Shown here in pieces: positions 32,350 through 42,040 of a stretch of 61,804 nucleotides of DNA. The DNA is taken from NCBI GenBank assembly GCA_040004125.1, contig JBDUBL010000004.1, forward strand, positions 1 to 61,804. Direction: 5' to 3'. The first letter of the stretch is position 1, and each line of letters starts with the position of its first letter. The notes under the pieces were generated by a model that saw nothing but the letters and a program-made list of their open reading frames with translations, made no database searches and was not told the origin of the DNA. Source of the stretch: Actinomycetota bacterium (lineage in GTDB: Bacteria; Actinomycetota; UBA4738; HRBIN12). The translations under genes were made by a program, and so were the position numbers.

Positions 32350-33777
32350 ATGACCCTCCTGCCGCGCCAGGCGAACGTCTCCTGGTGGATGGAAGAGGCC
32401 CTCGCCGACCCCGCGTTCGATACGTTGCCCTGCCCCCCGTTGGCCGGCGCGACGCATGCCGACGTCGTCGTGCTGGGCGGTGGCTACACCGGCATGTGGA
32501 CCGCTTGGTTCCTGAAGGAGCGTGACCCGTCGTGCGACGTGGTGCTGCTGGAGGCCGACGAGCGCTGCGGCGCAGGGCCGTCGGGGCGCAACGGCGGGTT
32601 CTGTTCCGGCCTCTGGGATGACCTCGGGACGCTCGTGACGTTCTTCGGTGACGCCGATGCCCTGCGGGTCGCCTTGGCCGCGCAGCGAAGCGTCGAGGAG
32701 ATCGAGAGGTGGCTCGAGGCCCATGCGGTCGACGCGTGGTTCTCGCGCGCCGGGCACCTGACTGTCGCTACCTCTGCCGCGCAGGTCGGTGCGTGGGCGT
32801 CGCTAGTTACGGAGGCGGAGCGTCTCGACGTCGCGGATGGGCGGTTCGTGGTCTTGGATGCGGCGGCGGTGCGCGCTCGTTGCGATTCCCCGGTATTCCG
32901 ATCCGGCCTGCTGCAGCCCCACGGCGCGATCCTGCAGCCGGCACGGCTCGCGCTCGGTCTGCGACACGAACTCCTCGGCCGGGGTGTCCGGATCTTCGAG
33001 TCCAGCCCGGTCGCGCGTTTCGCCGAGGGACCGCCGGTCACCGTCGTGACACGCGGCGGCGCCGTCGTCACGGCCGAACGAGGCGTCATCGGTCTCGGCG
33101 CCTGGGCGGCATCGCTGTCCGCGTTCCGGCGAGCGATCGTGCCGCGTGGCACCTACATCGTCGTGACCGAGCCCGCGCCCGAACGGCTGACGGAGATCGG
33201 GTGGACCGGTGGCGAGGGGCTGGCCGACTGGCGGACGGCGCTGCACTACCTGCGCGCGACGCCCGACGGACGGATCGCGTTCGGCGCCGCGTCGGCCGCC
33301 GCCGGGCTCGGGGTTGGACTCGGCTCGCGTCTTCGCTACGACGAGGGATCAATAGTCAAGTTAGTTGACGATTTCTACCACTTCTTCCCGTCGTGGAGCG
33401 GCGTCGGCATCGAGGCCGCCTGGGGCGGGCCGATGGACGTCACCGGCCGGCACCTCCCCTCGTTCGGCACCCTGCCCGCCGGCACCATTCACTACGGCCT
33501 TGGCTACACCGGCGGCGGCGTCGGCCCGTGCCACCTCGGCGGCAAGATCCTGTCGGCGCTCGCGCTGGGCATCGCCGATGCGAACACGGCGTTGCCTCTG
33601 GTGGATGTTGCGATGCTTCGGTTCCCGCGGGAGCCTTTGCGGTCGATCGGCGCCGCGCTCACCCAGCACGCCATCGTGCGCAAGGACGAATACGAAGACC
33701 GCGGCGTGCGCGTGGACCCGCTGACCTCGTTCGTCGCGAAGATGCCACGGCGGATGGGCTACGAGCTCGGTCCTTGA
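32350..33777 (+). CDS. FAD-dependent oxidoreductase, DAO/PuuB-OrdL family (paralog 3)
   Basis: Same motif set; QPARLALGL, WGGPMD, GYTGGGVGP. Confidence 0.88.
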   Translation: MTLLPRQANVSWWMEEALADPAFDTLPCPPLAGATHADVVVLGGGYTGMWTAWFLKERDPSCDVVLLEADERCGAGPSGRNGGFCSGLWDDLGTLVTFFGDADALRVALAAQRSVEEIERWLEAHAVDAWFSRAGHLTVATSAAQVGAWASLVTEAERLDVADGRFVVLDAAAVRARCDSPVFRSGLLQPHGAILQPARLALGLRHELLGRGVRIFESSPVARFAEGPPVTVVTRGGAVVTAERGVIGLGAWAASLSAFRRAIVPRGTYIVVTEPAPERLTEIGWTGGEGLADWRTALHYLRATPDGRIAFGAASAAAGLGVGLGSRLRYDEGSIVKLVDDFYHFFPSWSGVGIEAAWGGPMDVTGRHLPSFGTLPAGTIHYGLGYTGGGVGPCHLGGKILSALALGIADANTALPLVDVAMLRFPREPLRSIGAALTQHAIVRKDEYEDRGVRVDPLTSFVAKMPRRMGYELGP

Positions 33778-33803
33778 GCCGCCCGGACCGATACCCTTGG
33801 TGC

Positions 33804-35357
33804 ATGCGCACCCGCTTCCCTGCGATCGTGCTCGGCCTCACGCTGCTCGTGGGCTCGCTCACGACGACGCTCGCCGCCTCGGTCGCCACCGCGCCCATCG
33901 CCAGCGGAAGCTCCTGGTCGGTCACGGGCATCGACGTATCGAAATGGCAGGGCACGATCGACTGGAACGCCGTGCGCGCCAGCGGCGTCGACTTCGCGAT
34001 CATCAAGGCGACCGAGAGTCAGGGCCTGATCGATCCGCAGTTCGCCACGAACGCGGCCAACGCGGCCGCCGCCAACATGCCGATCGGCATGTACCACGTG
34101 GCGTCCCCGAGCGCCTCGACTGACGACGCGCGGGCCGAGGCCGACCACTTCCTGCAGGTGGCCCGGCCGGATGCAGGCAACGTGATCCCGGCGCTCGACA
34201 TCGAGATCAACCGCGTGCCCGATTGGATGACACCGGCACAACTCCAGGACTGGTCGCGCGCCTGGCTGCTCCGCGTGACGAACAAGCTGGGCGTTCGCCC
34301 CATGGTGTACGGCAGCGTCTACATGTTCGAGACATTGCTCGCCAACACGACCTGGTTCGCGGATCATGGCTACGTGTTGTGGCTCGCGCGCTGGGGCCCA
34401 CTGCCTTCCCCTCTGCCGGCCAACGACTGGCAAGGGCAGGGCTGGACCTTCTGGCAGTGGTCGAGCACGGGAAGCGTCGCCGGCATCAACACCGACGTCG
34501 ACCGGGATCGATTCGCCGGCACCGACCTCGTGACGACGACGATCGCGAGCCTGACCGCCCAGCCGGGCGTCGGCGGCTCGATCGCCGATGCGTCCGGGCG
34601 CGTGTCCTGTGCCGCATCGACCACCTGTACGGAGCTGTTCAGCCCGACCGACCCGGTCGACCTGACCGCGACACCGGACCCCGGGTATGCGTTCGTCTCG
34701 TGGGGTGGAGCCTGCAGCGGCTCGGTGCCGATGTGCTCGCTGACGGCACGGGGTAACAGGACCGTCACGGCGACGTTCAGCTACCGGCTGCGGGTCCACG
34801 TCGAGGGCACCGGCCAGGGCACCGTGACCTCGACGCCGCCCGGGATCTCGTGTCCCGGCACGTGCTCCGCCACGTTCGCACCCGGCGCCACCGTCGCGCT
34901 GTCGGCCTCGCCCGATCCGTGGTCGGGGCTCGTGTGGTCCGATGACTGCACCGGCACCGACCCGAACGACTGCAGCGTGACGATGGACCAGCCGCGTATC
35001 GTCACCGCGACGTTGGATGACCTCGGCCCCGCCACCGCCACGATCAAGACCCCGGGCGCGCGCAACGGACTGGTCCGCGTTCGGTTCGACGAATCCGTCC
35101 ACCATGTGAACGGGGACAACATCGTGCTGCGTCTGCAGGGCGGCAGGAAACTCGACGCACGACTCACCTGTTTCGCCGCGAACGGGATACGCACATCATG
35201 CGGCACGGGTGCGGTTCGGACCGCCGAGCTACGGCCGAACGCCCTGCTGAAACCGGGCCGCCACTACGTCGCGATCGTCGACCCCGCGGGTGCCGGCCCG
35301 ATCCGGGACCGGGTCGGCAATGCCACGCCGCAGGTGCGCGGCACGTTCACCATCTAG
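33804..35357 (+). CDS. Secreted GH25 lysozyme with InlB-B-like repeats and Ig-like C-terminus
   Basis: Signal peptide; GIDVSKWQG, KATE, LDIE (DxE), WQWSS, DVDRD; two LTATPDPGYAFVSWGGACSG-type repeats. Confidence 0.85.
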   Translation: MRTRFPAIVLGLTLLVGSLTTTLAASVATAPIASGSSWSVTGIDVSKWQGTIDWNAVRASGVDFAIIKATESQGLIDPQFATNAANAAAANMPIGMYHVASPSASTDDARAEADHFLQVARPDAGNVIPALDIEINRVPDWMTPAQLQDWSRAWLLRVTNKLGVRPMVYGSVYMFETLLANTTWFADHGYVLWLARWGPLPSPLPANDWQGQGWTFWQWSSTGSVAGINTDVDRDRFAGTDLVTTTIASLTAQPGVGGSIADASGRVSCAASTTCTELFSPTDPVDLTATPDPGYAFVSWGGACSGSVPMCSLTARGNRTVTATFSYRLRVHVEGTGQGTVTSTPPGISCPGTCSATFAPGATVALSASPDPWSGLVWSDDCTGTDPNDCSVTMDQPRIVTATLDDLGPATATIKTPGARNGLVRVRFDESVHHVNGDNIVLRLQGGRKLDARLTCFAANGIRTSCGTGAVRTAELRPNALLKPGRHYVAIVDPAGAGPIRDRVGNATPQVRGTFTI

Positions 35358-36087
35358 GGTCCGTCGCCGAGGGCATCGAGGCGACCAGCCACAACCGGTC
35401 CGCGCCCGGAACGAACGGCTCGAGTTCGTCGTCGAGCGCCTGGAACGACGCAAAGCCGACTCCCGCAAGCAGATCGGTGAGCTCGTGCACCGAGTACAGC
35501 CGAACGTGCGTGGTGCGGACGACACGCTCCTCCCCGCGGGTGAACGTCCAGGTGGTCTCGATCCGCCGGCTGTCGGCATCGTAGACGCGCGACTCGTGAG
35601 CCCCGACCCCGCCGACCTCCCACTCAGCGGTGGACTCGAATCCGGCAAGCACGCTGTCGGCGACGATCGTATCGAGGAGGTATCGCCCGCCGGGAGCGAG
35701 CGCCTCGGCGACCGAACGCGCCTGCGCAGCGTTCCCCTCGTCGTCGAAGTACCCGAACGAGCCCCAGAGACAGATCGCCGCATCGAACGAGCCGGCGCGA
35801 ACGACACCCGTTCGCATGTCGGCACCGATCACGGGCAACCCTGCCCCGCGCGCGACGTCCAGGAAGGCGGTCGTCGCGTCGATACCGACGACCTCGAACC
35901 CCCGATCGGCCAGGCGCGCGGCGATCCGTCCCGTGCCACACGGCACGTCGAGCACGCGGATCCCGTCGGAGAGCGCGAGCGCTCGTTCGACGTTCGCCGC
36001 GACGGCTTCCCCATCGTCGGCCTCTTCCCAGGCGAGCTGGATCGACTGCCACGCCGGCGTTTCGAACATCTCCCGCCACCACTCCAC
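35347..36087 (-). CDS. Class I SAM-dependent methyltransferase
   Basis: VLDVPCGTGR, VGIDAT, FDAAICLWGSFGYF. Confidence 0.85.
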   Translation of the reverse strand: MEWWREMFETPAWQSIQLAWEEADDGEAVAANVERALALSDGIRVLDVPCGTGRIAARLADRGFEVVGIDATTAFLDVARGAGLPVIGADMRTGVVRAGSFDAAICLWGSFGYFDDEGNAAQARSVAEALAPGGRYLLDTIVADSVLAGFESTAEWEVGGVGAHESRVYDADSRRIETTWTFTRGEERVVRTTHVRLYSVHELTDLLAGVGFASFQALDDELEPFVPGADRLWLVASMPSATDPRW

Positions 36088-36096
36088 CCCGAGACC

Positions 36097-36963
36097 CTAG
36101 CCGAGCGCGATCAGGACGACGCCCGCGAACGCGGTCATCACACCGGCCACCTGCGGCCGTGACATCCGCTCGTGCAGGAACCCGCGGGCCAGCAGCACGG
36201 TCGAGACCGGGTAGAGCGATCCGACGACCGACACGAGCGCGAGCATGCCGGTCTGAGCCGCCAGCGCGAACGTGATGTTGGCGAGGTTGTCGAATCCCCC
36301 GACCACGAGCAGGGTCGCCGTCTCCTTCCCCGTCGGCGCGCGCTCGTGGGCGCGCCGCGCGATCGCGACGATCACGAACAACGGCACCGACACGACACGG
36401 ATCATGAACGCCGCCCACGGTGCGCTCCCCTGCCCGGCGGCACCAAGGAACGTCACCAGCAAGCCGACGAACACCACGGCAACGAGTGCGTAAGCGAGCC
36501 CGGGCCCGATGCGCCGCCGCGACGGCGGTTCGGGATGCCCCTCGATGTCGGTCGGGTCCGACTCGCGGGCGGCCAGCACGATGCCGCCGATCGCGCAGGC
36601 CATGCCGACGAACTGCCAGGGCGTGGGGCGGTCGCCTTGCGCGAACCCGACGAGGACCGGAACCATGACGGACAAGGACACCGTCGGCGCCACGATGCTC
36701 ATCGGGCCGATCGCCAGTCCCTGGTAGAGCGCCGCGAGGCCGATCGTCCCGGACAGGCCGCCGAGCGCGCCCAAGACGAGGTACCGCATCTCAGGCGCGG
36801 GCTGGCCGAGCGCCAGGATCAGCGCTCCCGTCACGACGAGACCCGCTCCTTGCGCGATCGCCATCACGAGCGCGACGCCGAGGCGCCTGGTGAGCAGCCC
36901 GCCGAGGAAGTCCCCCGTTCCCCAGCTCAGACCGGAGAACAGGGCGAGCGCGAGGGCACCCAT
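36097..36963 (-). CDS. EamA/DMT family transporter
   Basis: WGTGDFLGG, GPMSIVAP, SLYPVSTVLLA, LHERMS; about 10 TM segments. Confidence 0.88.
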   Translation of the reverse strand: MGALALALFSGLSWGTGDFLGGLLTRRLGVALVMAIAQGAGLVVTGALILALGQPAPEMRYLVLGALGGLSGTIGLAALYQGLAIGPMSIVAPTVSLSVMVPVLVGFAQGDRPTPWQFVGMACAIGGIVLAARESDPTDIEGHPEPPSRRRIGPGLAYALVAVVFVGLLVTFLGAAGQGSAPWAAFMIRVVSVPLFVIVAIARRAHERAPTGKETATLLVVGGFDNLANITFALAAQTGMLALVSVVGSLYPVSTVLLARGFLHERMSRPQVAGVMTAFAGVVLIALG

Positions 36964-36966
36964 GTC

Positions 36967-38169
36967 TCAGACGACGCGCACGCCGTCCTTCCAGACCTGC
37001 GCGATCCGCTCCTTGATCGTGTCGAAGGCGAACGGATCGCCATCGACCACGACGACATCGGCGATCTTGCCCGGCTCGAGCGTTCCGAGCCGATCCTCCC
37101 AGCCCATCAGCTCGGCGGCGGAGCGCGTGGACGCATGCAAAGCCTGCTGGGGCGTGAACCCGTTGTTGGCCATATGGGCGAGCTCGTTGAGGTTCCAGCC
37201 GTGCGGCATCACCGCGGCGTCGGTCCCCATCGCGACCTTCACGCCGGCCTCGGCCGCCAGCAGCATCGCGTCGAACTCGGGTCGCCCAAGGCCCTTGAAC
37301 TTCTCGCGGATCTCCGGCGCGAGCTTTTCGTCGTTGGCGAGCTCCTCCGTCGTGTCGCCGGCGGTCAGGGTGGGCACCAGCCAGGTGCCGCGCTCCACCA
37401 TCAACTCGGCACATTCCTGGTCCAGGTATGTGCCGTGCTCGATCGAGCGGACGCCCGCGCGCACCGCGCGCTTAATGCCTTCAGGCCCGTGTGCGTGGGA
37501 CATCACCCAGCGATCGAGGTCCGCGGCCGTGCGGACGATCATGTCGAGCTCGTCCTGGGCGAAATGCGGATGCATCGGGTCATCGGCCGGCGAGAAGAAC
37601 CCGCCGGAAGACGCGATCTTGATCACGTCGGCGCCGGCACGGATCACCTCGCGCACCTTGCGCCGCACACCGTCGATGCCATCGCAGACACCCTCGGGGA
37701 AGCCGGGATACGGCAGCCAGCCGGCGGAGATCCCACCGCTGGGCAACACCTCGTCGTTGTGGCCCGCGGTCTGGCTGAGCATCGTGACGGCCACCTGCAT
37801 CCGCGGCCCGACCAGGAGCCCGTCGCGGACCGCCTGGCGCAACCCGGCGTCGGCGCCGCCCGCGTCACGCACCGATGTGATGCCGAGCTTGATCGTCGTC
37901 AGCAAGTTGGTGGGCGTCTGATAGAAGCCGTAGGAGAACGGGCGATGCTGGATCGTGAGCTCGTCGTCTTCGTAGGTGCCGGTCAGATGCACGTGTGTGT
38001 CGAACAATCCGGGGAGCAGCGCCTTGCCGGCGCAGTCGATTCCCTCGTCGCCGTCGAGCCCGGGCGCAACCTCGACGATCTTTCCGTCCTCGATGGCCAC
38101 ATCGGCGTCGGCCAGTGGTGCCATCGTGCCGTCGAAGACCTTGCCGCCATGGAACACCGTACGACCCAC
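36967..38169 (-). CDS. Metal-dependent amidohydrolase (Xaa-Pro dipeptidase-like)
   Basis: PGLFDTHVH, KIASSGG, HAHG, IEHG, MGTDA; GTG after GGGAGG. Confidence 0.85.
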   Translation of the reverse strand: MGRTVFHGGKVFDGTMAPLADADVAIEDGKIVEVAPGLDGDEGIDCAGKALLPGLFDTHVHLTGTYEDDELTIQHRPFSYGFYQTPTNLLTTIKLGITSVRDAGGADAGLRQAVRDGLLVGPRMQVAVTMLSQTAGHNDEVLPSGGISAGWLPYPGFPEGVCDGIDGVRRKVREVIRAGADVIKIASSGGFFSPADDPMHPHFAQDELDMIVRTAADLDRWVMSHAHGPEGIKRAVRAGVRSIEHGTYLDQECAELMVERGTWLVPTLTAGDTTEELANDEKLAPEIREKFKGLGRPEFDAMLLAAEAGVKVAMGTDAAVMPHGWNLNELAHMANNGFTPQQALHASTRSAAELMGWEDRLGTLEPGKIADVVVVDGDPFAFDTIKERIAQVWKDGVRVV

Positions 38170-38203
38170 GCTGCCTCCCTCGTTGATCCGCTGGGCGCGA
38201 ACC

Positions 38204-38710
38204 CTACAGCCGCCCGAGCGCGTCCACCAGCACGTCTGCGAACACGTCGGGGCGGGACAGGAACGGCGAATGCGACCCGGGAAGTTCGAAGACCGGCGCA
38301 CCGAGCAGGCGTTCCCGCGCCGCCCATGTCGCCGTCTCCCGATCGCAGTCGTGATAGAAGGCCGCGATCGCGTCGTCGGGATCCGGGAGCCAGATCCGAT
38401 CCCGCTCCTCGATGGCGAGCCGGTCGAACGCGCCGGGCGCCTCCATCGGGGGCCCGTCGTCGTCGCGTTCGCCTTTCCGCGGCGGGATGACGCCGCAGAC
38501 GAAGATCAGGCCCGCAACCGGCCGTTCCGCCGCCATCCGCACCGCGGTGTGGGCGCCCAGCGAGTGAGCGACGAACCACAAGATCGTCGCCGGCCGACCC
38601 CAGGGCGGCCCACCCAACCTCGGCGCGCGAAGTTCGCCGATGGATCGGGGCGAGCAGGTCCCAACACCAAGGACCGTGACACGCACCCGAGATCAAGCGA
38701 ATGTCGCCAT
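38204..38710 (-). pseudogene. Degraded alpha/beta hydrolase
   Basis: GGAGGAG RBS, then MATFA / LISGACHGPWCW / VAHSLG / GSHSPF pieces split over three frames; the catalytic-Asp segment appears absent. Confidence 0.75.
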
Positions 38711-38789
38711 ACTCCTCCTGGTGCGCTCACGGACGCGTCGCGTTGGTGTCTAGACTCCGCCACGACCCTACCCCGGAGAGGAGCCGGAC

Positions 38790-39968
38790 GTGGACCTGCG
38801 ACTGACGCCCGAAGACGCCGGGTTACAGGTGAAGGCACGCCGTTTCGCCGACGAGGTGCTGCAACCCCTCGAACTCGAGTGCGAAGAACACGACGGTCTG
38901 ACACCGGCCAGCGCCGCCGCTGCGAAGCAGGCCGTTTTGGAATGGGAGTTCCACGCGATCAACCACGCCGAGGCCGACGGCGGTCGGGGGCTGGACACGT
39001 TCCAGGTGATGCTGGTCGAGGAGCAATGGGGTCGCGTGACCGGCGCGCTCTGGGACGTCCCGTGGCGTCCGGCGATCTCGCTGGCCGCCGGCACCGAGGC
39101 GCAGAAGGACCGATTCCTGCGACCCGCGTGCGCCGGCGAGCGGCGCGACGCCTACGCGATCACCGAGGCAGGCGCCGGCTCGGACGTCACGATGGTCGCG
39201 ACAACCGCGAGACGCGACGGGGCCGACTGGGTCCTGCGCGGAGAGAAATGGCACGTGACCAGCGGCGACGTGGCCGACTTCTTCCTCCTGCACGCGCATG
39301 TGGATGGTGATCCGAACAAGGCGTCGATCTTCCTCGTCGACAAGGACACGCTGGGCGTGCGCCTCGTGCGCACCCCGGCGTACACCCACACGTTCGTGTT
39401 CGAGCACCCGATCTTCGCCTTCGACGACGTGCGGGTCGGCGACGATCGACTGCTCGGCGAGGTCGGTCAGGGTTTCGATCTCACGAAGGATTGGTTCGTC
39501 GAGGAGCGGCTGATGATCGGTGCCCGCACGGTTGGCGCGTCGCAGCGGTGTCTGGACGAGGCCCTCGCGTTCGCGACACAGCGGCGCCAGTTCGGCCATC
39601 CGATCGTCGAGTTCCAGGCGATCGAGTTCATGCTGGCCGACATGGCGGTCGAGATCATGGCGGCCAAATCGATGCTGTACCGCGTCTGCTGGGAAGCCGC
39701 CCGCGGCGGGATCGACCGCAAGCAGGTGCACGCGGAGGCCGGCGCCGTGAAGCTGTTCTGCAGCGAGACCGCCGGGCGCGTCGCCGATCGTGCGGTGCAG
39801 ATCTTTGGCGGCCGCGGTTACATGCGGGAGTTCGCGGTCGAGCGCATGTGGCGCGAAGTGCGCGTCGATCGTCTCTGGGAGGGCACCTCGGAGATCCAGC
39901 GCCTCGTGATCGGCAACGAGCTACGCAAGCGTGGTCCCGGCGCCTACGCGGGCTGGCCGACCGCCTGA
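38790..39968 (+). CDS. Acyl-CoA dehydrogenase
   Basis: AYAITEAGAGSD, GEKWHVT, RRQFGHPI, QIFGGRGY, WEGTSEIQR. Confidence 0.92.
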   Translation: MDLRLTPEDAGLQVKARRFADEVLQPLELECEEHDGLTPASAAAAKQAVLEWEFHAINHAEADGGRGLDTFQVMLVEEQWGRVTGALWDVPWRPAISLAAGTEAQKDRFLRPACAGERRDAYAITEAGAGSDVTMVATTARRDGADWVLRGEKWHVTSGDVADFFLLHAHVDGDPNKASIFLVDKDTLGVRLVRTPAYTHTFVFEHPIFAFDDVRVGDDRLLGEVGQGFDLTKDWFVEERLMIGARTVGASQRCLDEALAFATQRRQFGHPIVEFQAIEFMLADMAVEIMAAKSMLYRVCWEAARGGIDRKQVHAEAGAVKLFCSETAGRVADRAVQIFGGRGYMREFAVERMWREVRVDRLWEGTSEIQRLVIGNELRKRGPGAYAGWPTA

Positions 39969-39969
39969 G

Positions 39970-40335
39970 CTAGCGCACCGGGTTCGGCACGTAGCGCTCC
40001 ACCAGATGCAGCGCATTCAAGATGGGGTAGGACAGGGCGACGATGCCGAGCAGGATCGACGCGACCGTCGAGCCGCTGCCCCGGCCACCGAGGCCGCCGG
40101 CGATACCCATCACGAGCGCGATCGCGCCGAAGACGACCGCAAGCGTGCTGAGTTGATCGGCCATCGGGCCACCGTTGGCGATCTGCACCGAGTACGAGCC
40201 GAGGATCGAGGCGTCCGGGTTGAACTGGTAGATCCACAGGATCACCGAGAACGCCGCGCCGATCGCACCGACCAGCGTGCCGACGGTGCCCATCGGGTTG
40301 CTCGTCTTGCCGCTGCTGCCGAACAAACCTGCCAT
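39970..40335 (-). CDS. Small hypothetical membrane protein (3 TM)
   Basis: Three hydrophobic segments, high-GC codon usage. Confidence 0.6.
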   Translation of the reverse strand: MAGLFGSSGKTSNPMGTVGTLVGAIGAAFSVILWIYQFNPDASILGSYSVQIANGGPMADQLSTLAVVFGAIALVMGIAGGLGGRGSGSTVASILLGIVALSYPILNALHLVERYVPNPVR

Positions 40336-40384
40336 AGGCCCTGATGATGACGACCCGTGCGGCGGACGGCAAGCAGGCGAAAGC

Positions 40385-41299
40385 CTATGCCCGAAGCGCG
40401 TATGCCACGGCGGCGATATCGGCCGGGGCGGTGCCACAGCATCCCCCGATCAACCGAGCGCCCCCGGAACGAAGGGTTCGGGCGAGGGGCCCGAAGCCCT
40501 CGGGCACCACGTCGCCCGTCCATGCCCTGGCCACGGGGTCCCACGTCGCGCCCCGATTCGGGTAGGCAACGAGTGGCTTTGCCGTGACTGCGGCCGCGCG
40601 CCTAAGCAGCCCGACCACGGCCGCCGGCGGGGTGCAGTTGACACCGATCGCGACGACCTGCGGGCTGCCCGACACCACGTCGACCGCTTCCTCGATCGAC
40701 GTGCCGTCGTGCAGATGCCCCTCGTCCCGACACGAGAAGCTCACCCACGCCGGCATATCGCCGATCGTGGCGAGCACCTCGACGAGCGCCTCGGTCTCCA
40801 CGATCGAGGGGATCGTCTCGATCGCGAGCAGGTCGGGACCGGCCGACGCCAGCGCCTCTACCCGTGGCAGGTGAAACGTCCGCAGCGCATCGCCTGCACT
40901 CGACGGCGGGCCGAGGCCGTAGTCGCCCGTGTACTCGGCGCCGTTCGCGAGGATCGCGCCGTACGGTCCGACCGACGCCGCGACACGGACGTCGCGGTCG
41001 CCGGTCGCCTCACGGGCGAGCTCGACGCTGCGTCGAAGCAACGAAGTGGCCGCGGGTCTGTCGAGCCCGCGCGCGGCGAGGCCCTCGAAACTGGCCTGGT
41101 AGGAGGCGCCGATCACCACATCAGCGCCCGCCTCGATATAGGCGCGGTGTACCTCGACGATCAGCGCCGGATCGTCCAGGAGTACGCGCGCGGACCACAG
41201 CGCGTCCCGCAGGTCGGCACCACGGCGCTCGAGTTCCGTCGCGAGCCCGCCGTCCAGGACGACGGAGCCCGGGTACGCGGCGAACGGATCATCGATCAC
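40385..41299 (-). CDS. mmuM: Homocysteine S-methyltransferase
   Basis: LDGGLATELE, ASVGPYGA, ETIP, GVNC and IGGCCGT zinc ligands. Confidence 0.9.
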   Translation of the reverse strand: MIDDPFAAYPGSVVLDGGLATELERRGADLRDALWSARVLLDDPALIVEVHRAYIEAGADVVIGASYQASFEGLAARGLDRPAATSLLRRSVELAREATGDRDVRVAASVGPYGAILANGAEYTGDYGLGPPSSAGDALRTFHLPRVEALASAGPDLLAIETIPSIVETEALVEVLATIGDMPAWVSFSCRDEGHLHDGTSIEEAVDVVSGSPQVVAIGVNCTPPAAVVGLLRRAAAVTAKPLVAYPNRGATWDPVARAWTGDVVPEGFGPLARTLRSGGARLIGGCCGTAPADIAAVAYALRA

Positions 41300-41326
41300 G
41301 CTGGCAGCGTACCCGGGCCTTGTGGA

Positions 41327-41972
41327 TCAGCCGACGTGCAGGTGATATGTCGCGTCGAACGCGCCGTTGGCACCGCCGGCGAACGAGACCGCGGCGTACA
41401 GCTCGTGATCGCCGGGCCGCAGCGGGTGCAGGATCGTGAACTCACCGACGATCGCGGTACGGACCGACCCCACCGGATACCCGATGATCGCGTTGAAGAA
41501 GCTGCCGTCCTCGGCGTTGACGTCAAACGCACCCGTGACGGTCATGGTTCGTCCGAGCGGGCGTCCGTCGAACGTCAAGATGTCGGACCCCGGGTCGGGG
41601 GCGAACGCGGCGATCGCCGCCGCTTCGAGCTCCGCGTCAGTCGGCCCGTCGATCCCGATCGTTGTAAAGAAGCCGGCGTGCGTGAGCACGCGTGCCGACC
41701 GGCACGGCGCAATCGAACTCGAGGCCGACGTCGATCGGCGCCGCGATGAAGAAGACGCCCCCAACCACGTCGCCGCAGTCGCCGTCGGTAAGCGAGGCGA
41801 TCAGCGGGTTCGATCCGCCGCCGAACGCCCATTGGGACCACGCCTTCGCCCAGTCGACGTGCGATTGCTCGAAGGCGCGCGAACGCGCCGGCATCGGCGT
41901 CCCAGCATGCGCGGCCGGCGCCGCGATCAGCAGCATCGCCCCCGCAGCGATACACAGGATGGTTCGTCTCAG
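41327..41972 (-). pseudogene. Secreted hypothetical protein with frameshift at about 41690
   Basis: Signal-like LRRTILCIAAGAMLLIAAPAAHAG (CTG at the expected start), continuing to CAVPVGT; the next frame resumes VLTHAGFF...YHLHVG*. Confidence 0.6.
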
Positions 41973-42040
41973 AGAGGCCCCTTCGCCCAGACCTCCAGAC
42001 GTCGTTGCTCGCGAAGGCTATGCCCTGGCTGCTTCCGAAG

